A stretch of 32,000 nt of DNA from Demequinaceae bacterium (GTDB lineage: Bacteria; Actinomycetota; Actinomycetes; Actinomycetales; Demequinaceae): contig OZ252279.1 in the NCBI GenBank assembly GCA_965250005.1, forward strand, positions 300,001 through 332,000. Direction: 5' to 3'. Shown piece by piece: positions 9,097-18,200 of this stretch (positions within the stretch are counted from its first letter, which is position 1; every line of letters starts with the position of its first letter). The notes beneath the pieces are model-generated. The model did not search any database. It was given only the letters and a program-made list of their open reading frames with translations, and was not told where the DNA came from. A program made the translations under genes and the position numbers.

Positions 9097-9449
9097 ATTT
9101 CTCTGAGGCAGATTTCAAACGTAGCGCAGTCGCGCATGAATGCGCATGCTGAACGGCCGCATTGCTTGTGGACACAGGGCTGAAGTCGTCACCTTGGCGT
9201 CCCCTCCTACTACGCCCTAAGAGCCGCCGTCGTTGGGCTTCGGGGGAATGACCAGGCCAAGGCCGACGGGCGACTTTGCGCAGTCGCCGAACTCGATCCT
9301 GCGAGTGAGCGTCGTCTAGTCGTCGCTGACGTTGGAGCGTTAACCGGGACGTGCGCGAGATGTCGGGGACGAAGGTCCTGCCATGCCCCTTGTCGGGTGC
9401 GTCAGACTGGATCGGCGAGGGGCGTCTTTGTGCGCCCTCAAGGGGGAGC

Positions 9450-9557
9450 GCCATGGCGGTATCGCACCTTGACCACCTCCCCAAGATCCGCCCAGGCGTT
9501 GGCTTCACCGTCGGCATTGTCGCCGTCGGCTATCTGTTCAACGCCGTGCTCACCTGA
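9450..9557 (+). pseudogene. Possible C-terminal remnant of a permease
   Basis: The frame reads MAVSHLDHLPKIRPGVGFTVGIVAVGYLFNAVLT*. The ending resembles the last transmembrane helix of a COG0701-like permease, a family often found next to small thioredoxin-fold proteins. No upstream coding body was found. Confidence 0.35.
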
Positions 9558-9586
9558 CGCGCGTGCCCCAACCCCAGGAGAAATAG

Positions 9587-9829
9587 ATGAACATCACAGT
9601 CTTCGGCCCCGGATGCGACAGTTGCGTGCGACTCGAGGGGCGCGTCAGGGCAGCCGTCGCAAAGTTGGGCGTCGACGCCATCATCGAGCGGGTCACGGAT
9701 TTGCGCGCCATCAATACTGCCGGTGTGATGGTCACGCCCGGGCTCATGGTTGACGACGAGATTGTCACAGTGGGGCGCGTGCCCTCGCTCCAAGAAGTCA
9801 TTGAGTACGTGGGGCGCGTCGGGCGGTAG
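9587..9829 (+). CDS. Small thioredoxin-fold redox protein
   Basis: 80 aa, MNITVFGPGCDSCVRLEGRVRAAVAKLGVDAIIERVTDLRAINTAGVMVTPGLMVDDEIVTVGRVPS. It has CxxC (CDSC) and the TPGLMVDD segment typical of redox-active disulfide protein 2-like proteins. aggag lies upstream of the ATG. Confidence 0.8.
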   Translation: MNITVFGPGCDSCVRLEGRVRAAVAKLGVDAIIERVTDLRAINTAGVMVTPGLMVDDEIVTVGRVPSLQEVIEYVGRVGR

Positions 9830-9876
9830 TGAACCGCCCTGGGTTTTGTTCCGACTTTTCAGTAAGGATGGAACCC

Positions 9877-10188
9877 ATGACTAGATACACACCGCAGATG
9901 CGTGAGCGGGCGTTGAGAATGCTTGCTGAGGCGAGGCCGGATCACCCGAGTTTGATGACTGCGATCCGTCACGTGGCAGGCTTGCTTGGGATGAGCCCGG
10001 AGACGCTTCGCGTGTGGCAACGCCGCTACGAGGTCGATGCCGGGCAACGCCCGGGGGCGACTAGCGACATAGTTGAGGACAACCGGCGTTTGAAGCGCGA
10101 GAACGCGGAGTTGCGCAAAGCGAATGAGGTCCTTCGGGCTGCGAGCGTGTTTTTTGCGAAGGAGCTCGACCAGCCACGGACGAGATGA
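9877..10188 (+). CDS. IS3-family transposase OrfA (helix-turn-helix protein)
   Basis: MTRYTPQMRERALRMLAEARPDHPSLMTAIRHVAGLLGMSPETLRVWQRRYEVDAGQRPG...EDNRRLKRENAELRKANEVLRAASVFFAKELDQ. Confidence 0.92.
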   Translation: MTRYTPQMRERALRMLAEARPDHPSLMTAIRHVAGLLGMSPETLRVWQRRYEVDAGQRPGATSDIVEDNRRLKRENAELRKANEVLRAASVFFAKELDQPRTR

Positions 10189-11111
10189 CCCGCTTCATTG
10201 ACGAGCACAAGGGTCGTTTCGGGGTTGAGCTCATCTGCCGGGTGTTACGCGTGGCGGTTCGTGGATTTGTCACCTCGCGCGGTTATCGCGCCGCTAAGAC
10301 GCGTCCACCGTCCGTGCGTGCCCTGCGTGATGGTCTGCTTGTGCCCGAGGTGGTCCGGTTGCATGCAGAGAACTACGGCGTGTACGGGAGGCGGAAAATG
10401 CATGCGCTGCTGAAGCGGCAAGGCTGGCAGGTTGGGCGGGACCAGACCGAGCGACTCATGCGCCTGGCAGGTGTTCGGGGTGTGAAACGCTCGAAGAAAG
10501 TGTTTACGACCAAGAGTGATCCTGCTGCCGCCAAGCCGCAGGATCTTGTGCAACGCCGGTTCACTGCACCAGCACCGCGCCGTTTGTGGGTCGCGGACAT
10601 CACCTACGTCGCGACCTGGTCCGGTTTCGCTTACGTCGCGTTCGTCACCGACGTCTACTCACGCAGGATCGTCGGATGGAACGTCGCATCGACCCTGCAG
10701 GCTGACATCCTGCCTTTGCGGGCGCTCGACATGGCCGCCTGGGACGCGGCAGGCGACCTCGCTGGCCTCGTCCATCATGCCGACCACGGCTCAAACTATT
10801 TGGCTACGGTCTACACCGACCGCGTCATCGAGCTCGGTGCGAAACCTTCCACCGGCTCGGTCGGCGACTCATATGACAATGCCCTCGCCGAGGCCATCAA
10901 CGGCCTCTACAAAACAGAACTCATCCGCCAGCAAGGGCCCTGGCGCACCGTCGAACAAGTCGAGTTCGCGACCCTCGAATACGTGTGGTGGTGGAACAAC
11001 AAACGACTCCACGGCGAACTCGACATGCACACCCCCGTCGAGATCGAACAGGCGTACTACGCTGGCCAAGAATCAACCCAACCGGCATCCGCCGGACAGG
11101 GAAACACCTAG
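10185..11111 (+). CDS. IS3-family transposase OrfB (DDE integrase core)
   Basis: RRLWVADITYVATWSGFAYVAFVTDVYSRRIVGW...HHADHGSNY...SVGDSYDNALAEAINGLYKTELI...WWNNKRLHGELDMHTPVE. It overlaps orfA by 4 nt (ATGA). Confidence 0.95.
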   Translation: MTRFIDEHKGRFGVELICRVLRVAVRGFVTSRGYRAAKTRPPSVRALRDGLLVPEVVRLHAENYGVYGRRKMHALLKRQGWQVGRDQTERLMRLAGVRGVKRSKKVFTTKSDPAAAKPQDLVQRRFTAPAPRRLWVADITYVATWSGFAYVAFVTDVYSRRIVGWNVASTLQADILPLRALDMAAWDAAGDLAGLVHHADHGSNYLATVYTDRVIELGAKPSTGSVGDSYDNALAEAINGLYKTELIRQQGPWRTVEQVEFATLEYVWWWNNKRLHGELDMHTPVEIEQAYYAGQESTQPASAGQGNT

Positions 11112-11130
11112 GAACTAAACCCAGGCCAAA

Positions 11131-13272
11131 TCAGTTGGCGTTGGCGTAGAGGTAGCGGTTGAGGCTGACCGGGTTGGCGGGGTTGCCGTGCCACGGGTCA
11201 GCTGACAGGAACCGTGCCGTTGTCGGGTCATACCAGCGGGCCCGCAGCCAGATGAGCCCGGTGGTGGTGTCTACGGTCTCGGAACGCCAGCCGACGGTGA
11301 CGTTGGTGGTGCCGGTGCGGGCGGTCAGCTGCCCGTCGACGGTCCACGTCCATGTGTCGGTGACTGTGCCGGTTGCGTCGGTTGCGGTGCGCACGTCACC
11401 ACGCACGTCACTGTGCAGATAGGCCGTGGTGCCGGGTGTCGTTGATCCAGTAGCGGTGTGTTGGGCGAGGATCATGCCGTCTGCGTATATCCACCAGGTG
11501 CCGTCGGAGGCGCTGATGGCGCGGGGTAGTCCGCTGAGGGTGTCGTACACGAAGTCCACAGCCACACCGGTTTCGGTGCGGGTGGTGACGTTGCCATCGG
11601 TGTCATAGACGTAGTCGACGGTTCCGGCCGGAGTGGCCGCAGACAGCAGTTCACCCTGGGAGGACCACGCAAACGTTGACGTGCCAGCGGGGCCGGTGGC
11701 TGAGGTGAGCCTGCCCGCGTCGTCATAGGTGAATGCGTTGCTGCCCTGAGACGTCAGCTGGTCTAGGTCGTTCACGGTGGACGCTACGACAGTGCCGTCC
11801 GTGGACGTTGACGCCCTGTTGCCCAGGCCATCCAACACGTAGTCGGTGGTCGAGGCCGTGCCGGTCGCATCCGAGACCACCTGCGTCAGACGGCCTGCTG
11901 CGTCATAGCCGAAGTCTCGTGATACGTCCGCTGCACCTACAACACCGGCGAACACGTCATCCAGGACAGTGATGCGGCCTGCTACGTCCCGTTGTGCGGT
12001 GTGGGAGGCCAACACCGTGCCGAGTGCATTGGTGACGGTGACGGACATGACCCTGCCCGCAGCATCCCGCGTGAAGGTTTCCGTGACGCCGTTCGGGTAG
12101 GTGACCGTACTGACTCGGCCCGCAGTGTCGCGTTCGATGACGTAAACGCCACCTTCAGGGTCGGTGACCTGGCTTATGCGTCCCAGCTCGTCCCGCACAT
12201 ATGTGGTGGTGCCTGCGGCAGTCGTCAAAGAGATCATGCGGCTGGCGGCGTCATACCCGTAGCCAACACTGCCCTCAGGGGAGGTCACCAACGTCAGGCG
12301 CCCCTGCGAGTCGTACCCATAGGATGTCGTGCCGCGCTGATCTGTGACCGTTGCCCGGCGTCCTGCATCCGTATATGTGAATGTTGCGTCCGGGCGGTCC
12401 GTGTAATCGATCGCAGTCAACCGTCCTGACGCGTCATACGTGTAGGCGGTGAGCGTTCCGTCCCCCAACGTGCGTGACGTCAACCTGCCTGCTGCGTCAA
12501 ACATCTGCGTCAGTTGGCTCTGGCCTGCAACCGAGTAGGTCAGCAGACGCCCTACCGCATCCAAGGTCCAGATGCGGGTACGACCCAGGGGGTCCACCAC
12601 CGACACCCGCTGGCCGTTGCCGTCGTACGACACCTGCGCGGTGTTACCCAACGGGTCACTCGCGGACGCCATACGCCCGTCCGCGTCATACGTAAACGTG
12701 GTGACAGCGCCATCCGGGGCCGTCTGCGTCAACACCCGGCCTGCAGCGTCATACGTGTAAGAAGTAACCGTGCCATCCAGGCCCGTCACTGATGTTGCCC
12801 GCCCACGCGAGTCATACGCATACGACACCGTGCCAGCCGTCGATGTCATCGACAGCACCTGACCGGCCGCATCAAACACCGTCGCGGTTGCCGTGCCATC
12901 CGCATACGTCGCACCGACGGAGCGGCCCGCCGCGTCATACGTGTACGTGGTGGTCGCGCCCGTCGCGTTCGTCGCCGTCGCAACCCGGCCCGCAGCGTCA
13001 TACGTGCGGCTCGACACCGTCACGCCATCCACCTTCGAGTTCAACACTCGCCCGAGCGCATCGTATGCGGTGGTGCGCACCACACCGTCAGGGCTGGTCG
13101 AACTTGTCAGGCGACCCTCAGCGTCGTAGACGTAGGTGGACACGTCTGCCGTGGGGGACGTGCGGGACGTCATACGCCCCAACTCGTCATAAGCCATGGA
13201 CGACGTACCTCCCACCGCATCCACATACGAGGTGCGCTGACCCAGAGCATCGAACGTGCCTCGGCGGATCAA
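11131..13272 (-). pseudogene. Displaced RHS/YD-repeat core fragment lacking an N-terminal delivery region and a C-terminal tip
   Basis: The 713-aa open frame is nearly identical to the C-terminal core of the 14640-23786 gene. It ends ...SLNRYLYANAN* with the TGA supplied by the IS terminal triplet (11131-11133). Confidence 0.85.
11134..13255 (-). repeat. Copy 1 of a ~2.12-kb direct duplication (partner 15318-17439)
   Basis: Constant offset of 4184 bp. Similarity begins at the IS end and stops around 13255, where gcgtcaaac/gcatcgaac diverges into cccgga versus gtgcct. Confidence 0.9.
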
Positions 13273-13360
13273 CGATCTTCAAACAATCGCATCCGGCCGA
13301 CAGTGGGCAAGGCTCGAAGAAGCGGTGTCCGCCTACCTCGTGAACCTCGCCTGCTACTGA
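13256..13360 (+). pseudogene. Unidentified plus-strand C-terminal gene fragment
   Basis: The frame reads VPRRINDLQTIASGRQWARLEEAVSAYLVNLACY*. It begins immediately at the end of the RHS homology and has no start. Confidence 0.3.
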
Positions 13361-13453
13361 TTGGCCGCGCTCGAGCATTAGCCTCAATTGACCAGCGAAA
13401 GAGCGGTGTGCTTGTCAGCCCATTCGCGCGAGATGGGCCGCCCGTGCCGCCCG

Positions 13454-13723
13454 CTAGTTCGCGCTATCGCCGTCGTCTGGTGCGGATTTGCTTGTGGCGG
13501 CCCGAAGCGCGCTTGCCATGACATCCCACGGATTCTGAGGAGTCGATGTGCCGAGTGCCTCTGCTGCGGCCGTTGCATCGTCGAGATGGTCGGCCCACGA
13601 TTCGAGCACCTGCGCCAGCTCCTCCGGCGTCGAGCGCTCGTCGCGTCCGACAGCCCGGAGCGCGCGCTGAAGTTCGATTTCAAACTGTTCGACCCTGAGT
13701 GCCGGTTGAGGAACCTCGATCAC
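13454..13723 (-). CDS. Small hypothetical protein
   Basis: 89 aa, GTG start, MIEVPQPALRVEQFEIELQRALRAVGRDERSTPEELAQVLESWADHLDDATAAAEALG. It overlaps the upstream 17-codon ORF by GTGA. Confidence 0.5.
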   Translation of the reverse strand: MIEVPQPALRVEQFEIELQRALRAVGRDERSTPEELAQVLESWADHLDDATAAAEALGTSTPQNPWDVMASALRAATSKSAPDDGDSAN

Positions 13724-13769
13724 AGTGCCTCCACTTCAAATGCGTCCCTTTGGGCGAAGAGATTGAGGA

Positions 13770-14120
13770 TCATTCGTATCTCGTCGCGTTGCGCAAACAC
13801 ACGTTCACCGTGCGCCACTATTCCGCGGCCTCTGCCCACCCCAGAACCGGAGCCGGCGCGGCATCCGGGCCGTATGGCTTGTCAATATCGATGGTGTAAC
13901 CCCAAAGCACCTCAAGGTACGTACAGACGTCTCGATTGAGCCACGGCTTTCCCCTCCGCGCTTCCTCAGCCAGCGTGCGCAACGGGCGCGCTGTCGCGCG
14001 CTGTGGCTCGAGAGAATCTGACGTGCTCATTGCGTCAACGATCACTTTCCGCTTCTGCTCGCCAGGCTGAACAACCCAATTCGTTCGCGAGCTACCGGTT
14101 CTCAGTCGCCGTGACGGCAT
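13770..14120 (-). pseudogene. Small protein gene interrupted by an in-frame TAG; possibly DUF7660-like
   Basis: MPSRRLRTGSS...RRGKPWLNRDVCTYLEVLWGYTIDIDKPYGPDAAPAPVLGWAEAAE, then TAG (13818-13820), then in the same frame WRTVNVCLRNATRYE* ending at 13770. The 'WRT...A..YE' ending resembles DUF7660 proteins as I recall them. Confidence 0.45.
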
Positions 14121-14145
14121 GTCGAGCGCGCCATCCGCCGCACGG

Positions 14146-14646
14146 CTAGAGCGCCGTCTTCTCGACCCACGGCCGGAACGGGACGGGCTTGCCGTGATCT
14201 TCTTGCTCGAGGTACACGGTTGGCCCGTCATCGTCGGAGCGGCTGGCCGCGACCGCGAATTCGCGGTCGGGAAACTGAGACGAGATTTTCACGCGCCAAA
14301 TCTCCGCGATAAGATCCGCGATTCCATCGAGAAACCCGCCGGGCACGCCGGATTCGTCGTACTTGGAGATGTATGAAACCTGCAGTTTGTTGGCTACGTA
14401 TTCAAGTTGCCGAATCGACGTGACGGAAGCTTCCCATTTGTCCACGCCTCCGGACTCGACGAAGTCTCTGCGCAGAATGGCTCCGTCCACCTCCGTGAAT
14501 TCCACCCACACCCGCTCAAGCACCGCGCCAAAATGCAACGCTGGCACTGCGTTGAGCGTGATCTTGTCCGGATCAAACTCGCCAGATTCTGGAATCGCCA
14601 ACTCTACGGCGCCGGGAACGCCATCGTAATTCAGACGATTCAGCAT
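14146..14646 (-). CDS. Putative immunity protein for the RHS C-terminal tip
   Basis: 166 aa, [50 protein letters not shown].... It starts within the last 7 nt of the RHS gene (ATGCTGA) on the same strand. It has no signal peptide, as expected for a cytoplasmic immunity protein. Confidence 0.65.
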   Translation of the reverse strand: MLNRLNYDGVPGAVELAIPESGEFDPDKITLNAVPALHFGAVLERVWVEFTEVDGAILRRDFVESGGVDKWEASVTSIRQLEYVANKLQVSYISKYDESGVPGGFLDGIADLIAEIWRVKISSQFPDREFAVAASRSDDDGPTVYLEQEDHGKPVPFRPWVEKTAL

Positions 14647-15290
14647 GGAATGTCACTCGGCCCTGCGGGATCTGCGCTCTTCAACTCGCGAGGATACTCA
14701 ACGCCTGATGGAGCGCGGTCCCAAACCCAGTATTGAATGTGAGGTGTAGGCACGTTGTCGTGAGTCCTCCCGAGCAAGTCCACGCGTTTGATTAGTCTTC
14801 CCAAATCATCATAGACTGCGTAGCTCTTCGGGGTCCCAGGAACACGGGTCATCGAACCGTCATCAGTCTTGAAGAGGATCTCGTTGGGTGCGCGGCCTGA
14901 AACGGGGAAGTCGCCGCTCCAGAGAGTCGCTCCAGTTAGGTCTGGCCCCGCTCCGCCACTCCCATTGGGCGTACAAGGCGGTGGCGGCTTGCGTGCACCA
15001 GCGCCGTCGGTTTGGGGCTGGACCCCGGAAGTGTTGTCCTCGGAGTGATACTCAAAGACTGTCGGCAAGCGAGGGCCGGGCTTGTCCGTGCCGTCGACTC
15101 CTTCGCCTACCGCGGGGTCGTCGATCCCGAACACCACGTACGAAGACCAAGCCGCGGCTGCGAGGGCGACCAAGTTCCGTGCCTGCGCAATCACTGCAAG
15201 ACCCCGCGTGTACCCGCCGATTTCGATAGACATCAACACGCTGTTCACATACAGCGCCTCGCTCGTTTCAGTAAGTGTCGTTGCCTCAAG
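14640..15290 (-). other. Variable C-terminal tip (putative toxin domain) of the RHS protein
   Basis: About 216 aa after the DPSG boundary: [21 protein letters not shown]...[61 protein letters not shown]. The [25 protein letters not shown] segment resembles a motif in some polymorphic toxin tips (possibly type 24; from memory). Confidence 0.6.
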
Positions 15291-18200
15291 CCCGCTGGGG
15301 TCGTGCATGTTGACGGGGTCGGCGTTGGCGTACGCATACCGGTTGAGGCTGATGGGGTTGGCGGGGTTGCCGTGCCATGGGTCTGCCGATAGGAAGCGGG
15401 CTGTTGTTGGGTCATACCAGCGGGCCCGCAGCCAGATGAGCCCGGTGGTGGTGTCTACGGTCTCGCCGCGCCAGCCGACAGACACCGTGCTGGTGCCGGT
15501 GCGGGCGGTTAGTTGCCCGTCGACGGTCCACGTCCATGTGTCGGTGATGGTTCCGGTGGCGTCGGTGGCGGTGCGCACGTCACCACGCACGTCACTGTGC
15601 AAGTAGGCCGTGGTGCCGGGTGTCGTTGATCCAGTAGCGGTGTGTTGGGCGAGGATCATGCCGTCTGCATACACCCACCAGGTGCCGTCGGAGGCGCTGA
15701 CGGCCCGAGGTAGTCCGCTGACGGTGTCATACACGAAGTCCACAGCCACGCCGGTTTCGGTGCGGGTGGTGACGTTGCCATCGGTGTCGTAGGCGTAGTT
15801 GATGGTGCCGGCCGGGGTGGCTGCGGTGAGTAGTTCACCTTGCGATGACCACGCAAGTGTGGACGTGCCACCGGGGCCGGTGGCTGAGGTGAGCCTGCCC
15901 GCGTCGTCGTAGGTGAATGCGTTGCTGCCCTGAGACGTCAGCTGGTCTAGGTCGTTCACGGTGGACGCTACGACAGTGCCGTCCGTGGACGTTGACGCCC
16001 TGTTGCCCAGGCCATCCAACACGTAGTCGGTGGTCGAGGCCGTGCCGGTCGCATCCGAGACCACCTGCGTCAGACGGCCTGCTGCGTCATAGCCGAAGTC
16101 TCGTGATACGTCCGCTGCACCTACAACACCGGCGAACACGTCATCCAGGACAGTGATGCGGCCTGCTACGTCCCGTTGTGCGGTGTGGGAGGCCAACACC
16201 GTGCCGAGTGCATTGGTGACGGTGACGGACATGACCCTGCCCGCAGCATCCCGCGTGAAGGTTTCCGTGACGCCGTTCGGGTAGGTGACCGTACTGACTC
16301 GGCCCGCAGTGTCGCGTTCGATGACGTAAACGCCACCTTCAGGGTCGGTGACCTGGCTTATGCGTCCCAGCTCGTCCCGCACATATGTGGTGGTGCCTGC
16401 GGCAGTCGTCAAAGAGATCATGCGGCTGGCGGCGTCATACCCGTAGCCAACACTGCCCTCAGGCGAGGTCACCGATGTGAGACGACCCTGCGAGTCGTAC
16501 CCATAGGATGTCGTGCCGCGGTGATCTGTGACCGTTGCCCGGCGTCCTGCATCCGTATACGTGAATGTTGCGTCCGGGCGGTCCGCGTAATCGATGGCGG
16601 TCAACCGTCCTGACGCGTCATATGTGTAAGCGGTGAGTGTGCCGTCACCTAGCGTGCGTGACGTCAACCTGCCTGCTGCGTCAAACATCTGCGTCAGTTG
16701 GCTCTGGCCTGCAACCGAGTAGGTCAGCAGACGCCCTACCGCATCCAAGGTCCAGATGCGGGTACGACCCAGGGGGTCCACCACCGACACCCGCTGGCCG
16801 TTGCCGTCGTACGACACCTGCGCGGTGTTACCCAACGGGTCACTCGCGGACGCCATACGCCCGTCCGCGTCATACGTAAACGTGGTGACAGCGCCATCCG
16901 GGGCCGTCTGCGTCAACACCCGGCCTGCAGCGTCATACGTGTAAGAAGTAACCGTGCCATCCAGGCCCGTCACTGATGTTGCCCGCCCACGCGAGTCATA
17001 CGCATACGACACCGTGCCAGCCGTCGATGTCATCGACAGCACCTGACCGGCCGCATCAAACACCGTCGCGGTTGCCGTGCCATCCGCATACGTCGCACCG
17101 ACGGAGCGGCCCGCCGCGTCATACGTGTACGTGGTGGTCGCGCCCGTCGCGTTCGTCGCCGTCGCAACCCGGCCCGCAGCGTCATACGTGCGGCTCGACA
17201 CCGTCACGCCATCCACCTTCGAGTTCAACACTCGCCCGAGCGCATCGTATGCGGTGGTGCGCACCACACCGTCAGGGCTGGTCGAACTTGTCAGGCGACC
17301 CTCAGCGTCGTAGACGTAGGTGGACACGTCTGCCGTGGGGGACGTGCGGGACGTCATACGCCCCAACTCGTCATAAGCCATGGACGACGTTCCGCCCACC
17401 GCATCCACATACGAGGTGCGCTGACCTAGTGCGTCAAACCCGGACTGGCTGAGCGCACCCAAGGCATCCGTGGAGCCGGTGAGCAGGCCGCGACCGTCGT
17501 AGGTGCGCGCGGTCACTCCACCCTCGGCGTCCGTGACGGTGCTGATGCGACCATCCGCGTCGTATGTGTAGCTGGTGACCGAGCCGCCCGGGGATGTTGT
17601 GGATGTCCGGCGTCCCGTCGCGTCGTAGACGTTCGTGGTGGTGCGACCGGACTCGTCCGTCTCCGTCAAGGGGTTGCCAGCAGCGTCGTACGTGAACGTC
17701 ACCTGGGTGCCGTCCGCGTAGGTGACCGAGGTGGCGTTGCCGCGCGCGTCGTATGTGACTGCGGTGGTGCGACCCAGCGCGTCCGTGGCACTGATCAGGC
17801 GGTTGGATGCGTCGTAGGTCCACGTCTTGGTGTTGCCAAGCGGGTCCGTGACGGACGTGCGGTTTTGGCTTGCGTCATACGTGGCAGTCCATGTGTTGCC
17901 CAGACCGTCCGTGCGAGACGTGCGGTTGCCCAGTGCGTCGTTAGCGTACGCCTCGGTGGTGCCGTCCGCGAACACTTGGCCGATCAGGTAGCCGCCCGCG
18001 TCGAACGTCTGAACCGTCACGTTGCCCAGGCGGTCGGTGACCGTCTGGGTGCGCGCGTCCGGGTCCGCGTTGATTTCGATGCGGTTGCCCTGTGCGTCGA
18101 CGATCGCGACCAGGCGGCCGTCCTCGTCGTACTCGTTGCGGGCCGGGACGCGACCCAGCGGGTCGATGATTCCGGTCAGGTAGTGCTTCGAGTTGTACGC

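Larger units (their letters stand above)
9830..11133 (+). mobile_element. IS3-family insertion sequence, 1304 bp
   Basis: The ends are imperfect inverted repeats. Left TGAACCGCCCTGGGTTTTGTTCC and right (reverse complement) TGATTTGGCCTGGGTTTAGTTCC match at 18/23. They enclose overlapping orfA/orfB. The flanking trinucleotides (tag/gtt) do not match. Confidence 0.85.

Noticed and set aside
8987-9517. Minus-strand 176-aa ORF between the ROK regulator and the IS
   Set aside because: It overlaps the ROK gene start, has biased R/P/S-rich composition and no domain signature.
11159-13343. Series of plus-strand ORFs over the RHS duplication, mirrored at 15012-17452
   Set aside because: They recur at the same relative positions only because the underlying YD-repeat DNA is duplicated. 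Their compositions are not protein-like.
13388-13939. Plus-strand 183-aa ORF opposite the small genes downstream of the immunity gene
   Set aside because: It is antisense to overlapping minus-strand ORFs that show coupled stop/start structure, and its sequence is not protein-like.
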